Shown here: in pieces, positions 24,560 to 35,026 of the stretch | Layout of the letters: the number at the start of each line of letters is the position of its first letter | Position numbering within the stretch: position 1 is the stretch's first letter | DNA from: Macrostomum hystrix | Taxonomy: Eukaryota; Animalia; Platyhelminthes | Assembly: GCA_950097015.1 (NCBI GenBank) | Contig: CATNEN010000033.1 | Span: 4,216,001 to 4,280,000, forward strand | Direction of reading: 5' to 3' | DNA length: 64,000 nt | Notes under the pieces: generated by a model | The model's input: the letters and a program-made list of their open reading frames with translations, nothing else | The model's database searches: none | What the model was told of the DNA's origin: nothing | Made by a program: the position numbers and the translations under genes

Positions 24560-25065
24560 ATTTATACGAATCGTCACACTCTTTTCTAAGAATCGTCGCA
24601 CCATTTAGAACCATCACACCCTTTTCTAAAAATCGTCATTAAATCCTTTCTAAGAATCGTTATTGTACCCTTTCTAAGAATCGTTATTGTACCCTTCTAA
24701 GAATCGTCGCACCCTTTCTAAGAATCGTCACACCCTTTTCTAAGAATCATCGCACCCTTTCTAAGAATCGTCGCACCCTTTCTAAGAATCGTCGCACCCT
24801 TTCTAAGAATCGTCACACCCTTTTCTAAGAATCGTCGCACCCTTTCTAAGAATCGTCGCACCCTTTTCTAAGAATCGTCGCACCCTTTCTAAGAATCGTC
24901 GCACCCTTTTCTAAGAATCGTCGCACCCTTTCTAAGAATCGTCGCACCCTTTCTAAGAATCGTCACACCCTTTTATAAAATTCGTCATTATATCCTTGTA
25001 TTATTGTATTATTGTACCCTTTCTAAGAATCGTTATTGTACCCTTTCGAAGAATCGTCAATCCTT
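24560..25065. repeat. 21/22-bp minisatellite (TTCTAAGAATCGTCGCACCCT[T])
   Basis: Homogeneous core at 24700-24970 with degenerate flanks. Confidence 0.93.
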
Positions 25066-25646
25066 TCTAAGGTCCATTTTAGCCTTCTAAATTCCTCCAT
25101 AATATTTTTCATTACTAAGTAATTGATCTTTAACTGGCTTTATTTACATGTAAAGTTTAGCCGCATGTGAAAAAGAATAAAATAAAAAAACTTCCATTTT
25201 AAGAAAAAGAGATGGATTTTGGCGTAGTGACTGCAAATAAAAAACTAATAATGCAGAAACAGTTCTTCACTGCTCATCTCTTATAAACAAATCAGATAAG
25301 AATCAAATAAGATTAATTAGTGAAGCAATAATAATTACTTCCAAAAGCAGGCATTCCAAGCTAACATCCGCCGCCCTTACAGGTCGCCGAGCCTGCCGCC
25401 GCTGCCGCCGCCTACGCATTGCCCTGATTGGCCAGCCTGTCAACCAATGGGCGCCTAGCAGACCAATTTAAGAGCGATTGTTTCAAATTTAAACTAGTTT
25501 CAAAACGGCAAAAGCAGAATTCAGCACGGCCATTTGCAGTTCTGCGCCAGTGAGTAAATAATTTTAACTGTTTCGGCAGAGTGGCAACGAGCCAGGTTTT
25601 CCAAGGAGCCAGGTGACCAGACCTATAATAGAACTCAAAGTGGTCC

Positions 25647-28600
25647 ATGCTTCTAGGTCGCACAGATCCGCAGGCGCCGCTGGAAGAGCAGCCGAAGCAG
25701 CAGCAGCATCAGAATCTGCAACATCAGCACAGTCAAAAGCGCAACAATATCCATCTAACCCGCGCTGCTGACGGCTACTGCGAGATGGCCGATCAGCCAG
25801 CCGAAGGCAGCCTCGAGGCGGCTGGCTTTATCAGGGTGGCCACAGCCGCTGCTGCAGCTCACCAGGGAGTCACCGGCATCGCTGGCTGCTGGGCAGAGGG
25901 CCCGGCATTGCATCCAGGTGAGTTGGGAGCTCATGGACCTTAGATCACGAGATTCAATGAGACTAGATCACGATATTCAATGAGACTAGACCACGAGATT
26001 CAATGAGACTAGACCACGAGATTCAATGTGACTAGATCATGAGATTCAATGAGACTAGATCATGAGATTCAGTGAGACTAGATCACGAGATTCAATGAGA
26101 CTAGACCACGAGATTCAATGTGACTAGATCATGAGATTCAATGAGACTAGATCATGAGATTCAATGAGACTAGATCACGAGATTCAATGAGACTAGATCA
26201 CGAGTTTCAATGAGACTAGATCATGAGATTCAGTGAGACTAGACTAGATCATGAGATTCAATGAGACTAGATCATGAGATTCAGTGAGACTAGACTAGAT
26301 CATGAGATTCAATGAGACTAGATCATGAGATTCAATGAGACTAGATCACGAGATTCAATGAGACTAGATCATGAGATTCAAATAAATCGATCCCAACTTT
26401 CAGGTGAATTCTATACCCATCACTGCCAGGTGACAGCCGCTTACCCATATGTGCAGCAGCAGCAGCATCAGCAGCAGCAGCTACATCACCAGCTGAGTTT
26501 TGACCATACAGCTAATGAGGCTTTTATGACGGTCGATCAGCAACAGCAGTATCAGCAGCAGCAGCAGCAGCAGCACTACCATGCCCATCAGTATCCTGTG
26601 TATCAATTGCAGGACCCGATGGATCCCGCCTCATACATTTGCACTTTTGAGTCTTTAGACTATCAACCAGCCCATCAAGCAGTTTATCAGCAGCAGCAGC
26701 ATCAGCATCAGCATCAGCAGCAGCAACAGCAACTATTTCTCACTAATAACTATTCGACTGCCGCAGAAGCTGCTGCAGCGGCGGCTTTGCCGCCTCAACT
26801 CGCTGAGGGCTACTTCAAAGCCGAGCCGGATGTGCATCAGCAGTCGTCAGCCAGGCTGCCGAGGAAGCCGCGCACGCCGGGAAGATGTGAGCACAAATGT
26901 TGAAATGACTGTTCAACTCTTAGCGCATGCTCTCTTCCTTTCCTTTCCTCACTACCATCTCCACCTTCTCCACTTTACCTTCTCTACCGTCTCCACTCCA
27001 CCTTCTCTACCGTCTCCTCTCTACCGTCTTCTCTCTACTCTCTCCTCTCTACCGTCCCTTCTCCACCATCTTTACCGTTTCCACTCTACCCTATCTACCG
27101 TCTCCTCTCTACCGTCTCCTCTCTACCCTATCTACCGTCTCCTCTCTACCCTATCTACCGTCTCCTCTCTACCCTATCTACCGTCTCCTCTCTACCCTAT
27201 CTACCGTCTCCTCTCTACCCTATCTACCGTCTCCTCTCTACCCTATCTACCGTCTCCTCTCTACCCTATCTACCGTCTCCTCTCTACCCTATCTACCGTC
27301 TCCTCTCTACCCTATCTACCGTCTCCTCTCTACCCTATCTACCGTCTCCTCTCTACCCTATCTACCGTCTCCTCTCTACCGTCTCCTCTCTACCTATCTA
27401 CCGTCTCCTCTCTACCCTATCTACCGTCCCCTCTCTACCATCTCCTCTCTACCAACTCCTCTCTACCACCTCCTCTCTACCAACTCCTCTCTACCATCTT
27501 CTCTCTACCATCTTCTCTCTACCATCTTCTCTCTACCATCTTCTCTCTACCATCTCCTCTCTACCATCTCCTCTCTACCAACTCCTCTCTACCACCTCCT
27601 CTCTACCATCTCCTCTCTACCAACTCCTTTCTACCATCTCCTCTCTACCAACTCCTCTCTACCACCTCCTCTCTACCAACTCCTCTCTACCATCTCCTCT
27701 CTACCAACTCCTCTCTACCATCTTCTCTCTACCGTCCCCTCTCTACCATCTCCTCTCTACCAACTCCTCTCTACCACCTCCTCTCTACCAACTCCTCTCT
27801 ACCATCTTCTCTCTACCATCTTCTCTCTACCATCTCCTCTCTACCATCTTCTCTCTACCATCTCCTCTCTACCATCTTCTCTCTACCATCTTCTCTCTAC
27901 CATCTCCTCTCTACCATCTTCTCTCTACCATCTTCTCTCTACCATCTTCTCTCTACCATCTCCTCTCTACCAACTCCTCTCTACCATCTCCTCTCTACCA
28001 ACTCCTCTCTACCACCTCCTCTCTACCAACTCCTCTCTACCATCTTCTCTCTACCATCTTCTCTCTACCAACTCCTCTCTACCATCTCCTCTCTACCAAC
28101 TCCTCTCTACCATCTCCTCTCTACCAACTCCTCTCTACCACCTCCTCTCTACCAAATCCTCTCTACCAACTCCTCTCTACCATCTTCTCTCTACCGTCCC
28201 CTCTCTACCATCTCCTCTCTACCATCTTCTCTCTACCATCTCCTCTCTACCATCTCCTCTCTACCATCTTCTCTCTACCATCTCCTCTCTACCATCTCCT
28301 CTCTACCATCTTCTCTCTACCATCTCCTCTCTACCATCTCCTCTCTACCATCTCCTCTCTACCATCTTCTCTCTACCGTCCCCTCTCTACCGTCGGCTCA
28401 CTACCGTCTCATCTCTCCCGTCTCGTCTCTACTTTTTTCTCTCTCCTCATTTCTCACCCAACTCATCCACGGGAAATTCTCAGCCAATCAGCGCAGCAGC
28501 TCCAGGCGAGGCGCCACTGTTCGACTCTTGCCGCCATCTTCCGAAGATGATGACCTTCAGGCCGGTCCGCCGTCCACGGATACGGCGTCTTCAGCCGACG

Positions 28601-29691
28601 ACTCAGCTTGTCGCGGCGTCGGCGGCGGTAGTGGCGGTGGCCAGGTGCAGCTGTGGAAATTCCTCCTGGAAGAGCTGAGCAGTCCAGCCTCGGAGGGCCA
28701 CATCTGCTGGACTGGCCAGGGGCCGTGGGAGTTCAAGCTCAAGGATCCGGACGAAGTGGCCAAGAGATGGGTGAGCAGACAGCTGCTACTGCATTGGGAG
28801 ATCTTGTGAACCAGCTAGAGATGAGCAGTAATTAAAGGAAAAGCATATAGGTTTATACAAAAAGCTGCATTCTGAATTCTGAAAACAGAAAAAATTCTGA
28901 ACACAGTACACAATGTTTAGATTAAAATTCGCATCTTGCTGCTAATAGTAAGACAAGAGGTAAGTAACCGCAATTATTTAAGTAAAAACGACATGCAGTG
29001 CGAAACAGCTTTCAAAATAGCTCGTTTTCAAAAGTAAAGGTTTTTAGAAAAATTATAAAATTTATCGAATTTTGTTAGCGTTACCTTTCTTTTGGGAAAC
29101 GATATACGGCTACCTCCTAAAGTCTGGGATTCTTTGAATCCAGGATTCCTAAAATCAGGGATTCCTAGAATCGGGGATTCATAAAATCTGGGATTCCTAG
29201 AATCGGGGATTCCTAGAATCGGGGATTCCTAGAATCGGGGATTCCTAGAATCGGGGATTCCTAGAATCGGGGATTCCTAGAATCGGGGATTCCTAGAATC
29301 AAGGATTCCTAGAATCTGGGATTCCTAGAATCGTAGAGGGGATTCCTAGAATCTGGGATTCCTAGAATCGGGGATTCCTAGAATCGGGTATTTCTAGGAT
29401 TTCCTACCCTCTTCAACGTGAGAGTACCCAGAGTCGGGTGTTCCACCTGTTAATCGGTTAATCCTGTTCCCGCACTTCCAGGGCCAGCGCAAGAACAAGC
29501 CTCAGATGAACTATGAGAAGCTGAGTCGTGGTCTCCGGTATTACTACGACAAGCGCATTATTGAGAAGACCGCAGGCAAGCGGTACGTCTATCGGTTCGC
29601 CCGCAACATGCAGGAGATTGTGCATTGCTCGCCAGCTGAATACTTTCAAAGGTGCGGCGTCAGACCGCACCCTGTGCCAGATGGAGAGTGA
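25647..29691 (+). CDS. ETS-domain transcription factor, ETS1/ETS2/pointed class. Exons: 25647 (or ATG 25785)-25917, 26404-26886, 28484-28770, 29482-29691; 416 aa (370 aa from ATG 25785)
   Basis: Spliced ETS domain [14 protein letters not shown]...[22 protein letters not shown]|[43 protein letters not shown] junctions with consistent phases (1,1,0). Gln/His-rich activation-like exon 2. The start codon is uncertain. Confidence 0.88.
25941..26379. repeat. 23-bp minisatellite (GAGATTCAATGAGACTAGATCA(C/T)) filling ETS intron 1
   Basis: About 19 copies between the donor at 25918 and the acceptor at 26403. Confidence 0.94.
26960..28430. repeat. Pyrimidine-rich compound minisatellite (~14-bp TCTCCTCTCTACCA and CCGTCTCCTCTCTACCCTATCTA variants) filling ETS intron 2
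   Basis: Plus strand is strongly C/T-biased; it generates spurious L/S/P/Y ORFs. Confidence 0.95.
29120..29400. repeat. 16-bp minisatellite (GGGGATTCCTAGAATC) in ETS intron 3
   Basis: About 16 copies; near-palindromic core GATTCCTAGAATC. Confidence 0.93.
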
Positions 29692-30059
29692 CAGACGGGA
29701 TGACAATGTAGTGACAGACGGAGTGACATTCAGAGTGTCGACAAATTGAAATGAAGTTTCTCAGTTTCTCGAAAGACATTTGTTCTCTTCCAGTGTACAA
29801 AAGACGATTAGAGAATGAGAAGTGCTTAAGTCTATTATTCCTGCTAAATTCATGTTTTTGCCCTCTGCTGAGTCTCTTTGCTCACTTTGCATAACTCTGG
29901 ATTTCCTGGTGTCTTGTGATAAGGCTAAATAAACAAGTGCTTTGTCTAGCCAAAAGGTGGCACTTTGAGCAGTCAGCTCAACTGCCACATGGCTTCAATA
30001 TACACGAACTCAATAACTGTAACTGACAGAACTCGTTGACAATAACTAAAAAATCTCGT

Positions 30060-30897
30060 TGACAGTGCAAATTGACAGAACTCACTAACAGTAGCTGACA
30101 GAACTCACTAACAGTAGCTGACAGAAGTCACAGACAGTAGCTGACAGAACTCACTAACAGTAGCTGACAGAAGTCACAGACAGTAGCTGACAGAACTCAC
30201 TAACAGTAGCTGACAGAAGTCACTGACAGTAGCTGACACAACTCACTAACAGTAGCTGACAGAAGTCACTGACAGTAGCTGACACAACTCACTTACAGTA
30301 GCTGACAGAAGTCACTGACAGTAGCTGACAGAACTCATTGACAGTAGCTGACAGAACTCACTAACAGTAGCTGACAGAAGTCACTGACAGTAGCTGACAC
30401 AACTCACTAACAGTAGCTGACAGAAGTCACTGACAGTAGCTGACACAACTCACTTACAGTAGCTGACAGAAGTCACTGACAGTAGCTGACAGAACTCATT
30501 GACAGTAGCTGACACAACTCACTGACAGTAGCTGACAGAAGTCACTGACAGTAGCTGACACAACTCATTGACAGTAGCTGACACAACTCACTGACAGTAG
30601 CTGACAGAAGTCACTGACAGTAGCTGACACAACTCACTTACAGTAGCTGACAGAAGTCACTGACAGTAGCTGACAGAACTCATTGACAGTAGCTGACACA
30701 ACTCATTGACAGTAGCTGAAAGAAGTCACTGACAGTAGCTGACACAACTCACTTACAGTAGCTGACAGAAGTCACTGACAGTAGCTGACAGAACTCATTG
30801 ACAGTAGCTGACACAACTCACTGACAGTAGCTGACAGAAGTCACTGACAGTAGCTGACACAACTCAGTTACAGCAGCTGACAAAAGTCACTGACAGT
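30060..30897. repeat. 23-bp minisatellite (ACAGTAGCTGACAGAA(C/G)TCACT(A/G))
   Basis: About 36 copies read directly. Confidence 0.95.
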
Positions 30898-31263
30898 CAG
30901 TTCATCACTACATCTGTTCATCATCAAACACAACAATAGTGACTTGAGATTGACAAGTGCAGTGACAATGGAGGGCATGTGAGCGCTAGCTAATGGTTTG
31001 GGCAGAACAAATGCTGTTTGGGAAGGAAGAATGGCCCAGCCCGGCATGATAAGAAGGGGGCTGCTAAATTACAAGAGGCATGAACAGCTGTTGCCATGCA
31101 GCAATGCCGGCTGGTCCAATGTCCCAGCTGTGCCTCGCGGATGCGTTGCCGAACGCCGTGGACCAATCAGCGCGCAGCTGTTCCAGAAGAACCGATAAGA
31201 GCCAGGTCCCAAGCCCTGCCTCTGTAGGCACTTCCCGCAGCCGCTCCGGAGTTCCCATTCGAC

Positions 31264-32367
31264 ATGAACTCAACAGCCGAGTCACCGGGACACATCCGCC
31301 TGGTGCACATTGGCGTGTCCGTCTACGGTGCCATTATCATCTTCTTCGGCACCGTGGGCAACATGCTGAGCCTGAAGATCTTCTGGAACTCGGACGTGTT
31401 CAAGGAGAGCACCCACCTGCTGCTGATCGTGCTGCAGATTGCCGACAGCTCCGTCCTGCTGGTCGCGGTGGCACGCTACTGGATCCAGCAGGCGTTCGGC
31501 GTTGACATTCGCGACCTCGGCTTCGCCGTCTGCGTCGCCCACGTGCCGCTGACCTACCTGTGCGTGGACTCGGCCATCTGGGTGCTGGTCCTCATTGTTC
31601 TCGACCGCTTTCTGGCTGTCACCTATCCGATTCGAGCCCGGTACCTCATGACCAAAGCAAATGTGCTCAAGCTGCTGCTGGCGATGCTGCTGCTGCTGTG
31701 CGTCAAGGACGCCCCGCTGGTCCGGTCACACGTGTGGAACGCCTCCGCGCCGGCCGGCCAGCCGCGCTGCATGTACAACCAGGACTTCTTCAAGTATTAC
31801 GTCATCGCCGACAGCCTGCTGAACTTCGCCGTGCCGGACTCGCTGCTGCTCATCTTCAACCTGGCCATCTTCTGCTGCCTGCGACGGCACGCCAGGACAA
31901 TGTCTCGCAGCTCAGCTGGCAACAGCCAGGAGGTGGGCGCCCCTGCCCAGGCCAGGAAGCGAAGTCAGGACAGTCGGCAGCGCCAGCTGGCCGTCGCCAA
32001 GGTAGCCCTCGTCAGCGGCACCGTCCACCTCATCACAAGCTTGCCAAGCGCCATCTACCTGCTGTCGCACTCGTTCATTACCTACACCAGCAGCAACTTC
32101 CTGCTGAACAATGCCCTCATGATGCTGTCCTACACCAACAACGCCATCAACTTCCTCATCTACCTGCCGATCGATCGGAAGTTCCGCACCAGCTTCAACA
32201 CCATGGTGACGCCGGAGTGCTCCAACGCCGCGGCTGCCGGCGTGCGTCGGTCCCGTCGCCTACAAACGGAGCGTGGGGAGGAGACGCCGGTCGAGGCGGA
32301 GAATCGGGATCTGCCGCTGATGGCGCTGCGGTCGAGTGGAGGATCGGAGACCGCTGCGGCGCACTGA
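31264..32367 (+). CDS. Rhodopsin-like (class A) GPCR, probable peptide receptor, intronless, 367 aa
   Basis: Seven hydrophobic segments. TM1 FGTVGN, TM2 IADSSVLL, TM3 LDRFLAV (DRY-like), TM5 FAVPDSLLL, TM7 TNNAINFLIY followed by helix-8 KFR. Acceptor-like CAG at 31238-31240 upstream. Confidence 0.93.
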   Translation: MNSTAESPGHIRLVHIGVSVYGAIIIFFGTVGNMLSLKIFWNSDVFKESTHLLLIVLQIADSSVLLVAVARYWIQQAFGVDIRDLGFAVCVAHVPLTYLCVDSAIWVLVLIVLDRFLAVTYPIRARYLMTKANVLKLLLAMLLLLCVKDAPLVRSHVWNASAPAGQPRCMYNQDFFKYYVIADSLLNFAVPDSLLLIFNLAIFCCLRRHARTMSRSSAGNSQEVGAPAQARKRSQDSRQRQLAVAKVALVSGTVHLITSLPSAIYLLSHSFITYTSSNFLLNNALMMLSYTNNAINFLIYLPIDRKFRTSFNTMVTPECSNAAAAGVRRSRRLQTERGEETPVEAENRDLPLMALRSSGGSETAAAH

Positions 32368-32759
32368 CCCGCATTGGCGCCTCACCGCCTTCAACCAGCA
32401 CTTTCGTCCCTGGCTCCCCAGCGCCGATTCATGCGGGATGCCTCGCCCATAAAATAAATTCCCGTGGACAATGGGTGAGCAATGCTAGCCAGTTTTTAGT
32501 TGTGTTTTACAACGCACAGGCTGCGACCGCTTTCATATGCTCCAGATTAGAGCAAGAACATTGCGCGTCCTTTTCATGAAAAAACACTTTCCGAAGCTGC
32601 TGCACATTGCTGCTTGTCTGCTGCATCATCGATTCCATATCATAACGATTTTATTCCAATATTGTTCTGTCCTCCGATTTTTGCTAGCCTATGACATGCC
32701 ACATTGTTCTGATTTATCATCTAGTGGAAGCACAAAATCACAGTTCATCCCTTCGCTTT

Positions 32760-33010
32760 TTTCTCTTTTCCTTCTGTCCACTCCCGGCCTCTCCTTCTCG
32801 TTTCTTCTCTTTCCTCCTCTTTTCCCCTCTCTCCTCCTCTCTTCTCCTCTCTCCTCTCTCCTCTCTTCTCCTCTCTCCTCTCTCCTCTCTCCTCCTCTCT
32901 TCTCCTCTCTCCTCTCTCCTCCTCTCTTCTCCTCTCCTCCTCTCTTCTCCTCTCCTCCTCTCTCCTCCTCTCTCCTCTCCTCCTTTCTCCTCTCCTCTCC
33001 CCTCCTCTCT
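32760..33010. repeat. CT-rich low-complexity tract (CTCTC/CTCCT)n
   Basis: Almost pure pyrimidine on the plus strand. Confidence 0.92.
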
Positions 33011-34241
33011 CGCTTCAACTCACTCTCGAACGCTGCGACAAAGTTGATCAAATCTAGCCTATAATACTAGTATTTTCTATTCCCATATGCGACTAGTATT
33101 AATCACCAGTCGCTCTTAAAGTTTATATTCGTGTCCTGCCATCCTTCTGCATTAGAACTGTCCTTGTGCCGCCTAATTACTGCAGATAAAATATAAAAAC
33201 AGCAATAACAATAACAATAATTATTATAATTATAGTTAAAACCGCACAACGCGGCACACCGGAATCGCTATGACTTATGCAGTCTTTCAGCTTTCTGCCA
33301 CTCGAAGCACCGTGAAAAATACTAGTACATGCGAAGTACTTTTTTGGTTCGTGTCCCTCCCAATCAGCAAAGCCTGCCCGACTTCTCCAGCGGCAGAAAG
33401 TTCACGCCAAAGTCACCCGCCAAAGTGTGCCTGTGCGCGTACATGTCAGGCAATATTTAACAACCGCCATCCGCTGACAGTCTTTCGCACCGACCTCTGC
33501 AGCGATCTGCATGGGGCGAACAGTTTGTGCCAGTGTCCGGTTAGCTGGCTATTGCATTAGCAGACCAATGAAATTCTCCACAACGGGTCCGCTGACTTCC
33601 GCATTTTGTTCTTCGATATAAACTGACCTGCAAAAATATCCCCATTCACTGGATAACGATCCCGCAAGGAAGTCAGCAGGAGAGAGAGATTGTGCCTAAA
33701 AAGCTTCCTCAGAAAGGATACAAAAAGTTTCAGCCCCATTATGTGCAGGGAGATAGCAAAGAAGTGAAAAAAATAATATATAGGGAGGATGGGGAATGAT
33801 ATGAGATACTAATAGTCCTCTATTTCACTTTATAATTCCCATGGGGATCATGGAGGCTTTATAGCCCACCAAGCGATGTCGCCCATCTGTGCTGCTTCGG
33901 GCAGAACTTTGAATTCAGCAGCCGCCGCAGCCGCCTCAGGCACAGGGGGATCTCGCACCGGGACAGAGCTTTTCGGCCCTCAGCTCCGTAGCCTGGTGGA
34001 GGCAGCGACAAACTCAGAGATTGTTTACCTTGGTCTGGTGGACTGAATTGATGGACACCGCGCGTTGCTAAGGGAGTTGCGAGGCCAGAGTAGAAAAAAA
34101 CCAATGGCGAGCGAGTGAAAATTTATTCACGTCAGCCGAGAGTGTGAGCTGTTTCAGCAAAGCCACTGGCCTTGATTTTTTTCGCTGAAAATTTCCAGAA
34201 GTACAAATCTTCTTTGCGGATTAGTTTTCTATCTAAACAAG

Positions 34242-34484
34242 AACTGAAGTTTAACATCACCGTTGAACTGCATCAACTGAAGCTGTTAGACATTTGTACT
34301 TTAAACTGAAGTTTAACATCACCGTTGAACTGCATCAACTGAAGCTGTTAGACATTTGTACTTTAAACTGAAGTTTAACATCACCATTGAACTGCATCAA
34401 CTGAAGCTGTTAGACATTTGTACTTTTAAACTGAAGTCTAACACCGCCGCATAACTGCATCAACCGAAGCTGTTAGACATTCGC
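34242..34484. repeat. 62-bp tandem repeat, ~4 copies (AACTGAAGTTTAACATCACCGTTGAACTGCATCAACTGAAGCTGTTAGACATTTGTACTTTA)
   Basis: Copies start at about 34242, 34304, 34366 and 34429; the last is degenerate. Confidence 0.92.
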
Positions 34485-35026
34485 AAACCGATTTGGATCA
34501 AGCGATGCCACTGGGCAGCAGATCCGAGGTCCCGTCTAGTCTATTGAGGATCGATGAAAGCACTCAGTCAGTTTGATCCCTGAGCACACTGCTCAGCCCT
34601 GTAAAAGCTTCAGTCAAGCGTTTAAACCAATGCAATTGCACACACCACTTGTAACACATTATTGACATCCCTGGCTCATTGCGGTTGTGAAAGCGTAACT
34701 GCAGGAATATATTTATCCCCTATTTTTTAGAGGCTGCTGGTTCTCCTCAGATCAGGCATGACGACTGTGGTCTGCCCCATCCCCATGGAGACTAGAAAAT
34801 TAACAGGAGTGGCCACCGGGGACAGCAGACGCTGAGTGGCAGCTGTCAGGAGCTGCGGCGCGGGCCAAGAGACATCGCGGCGAGAACCAGACAGGCTCAA
34901 CAGCCCGGCTTCAAGCTAATATTTTCCGGTGTTGGCAGCCGGTGTTGCTCAATAATAACAAATATACTCGTAGTAGTTTAAAATGACAAAAATAGAATCT
35001 AAAATTTTTCTCTGTTCTAAGTAGGT

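Noticed and set aside
26830-28483. 659-aa and 583-aa L/S/P/Y-rich ORFs
   Set aside because: They run through a pyrimidine-rich intronic minisatellite; only 28484-28770 is a real ETS exon.
31560-32579. 339-aa ORF overlapping the GPCR
   Set aside because: Alternate frame of GC3-rich codons; low complexity, no motifs.
32689-33064. E/R/K-rich and S/L/P-rich ORFs
   Set aside because: Translations of a CT low-complexity tract.
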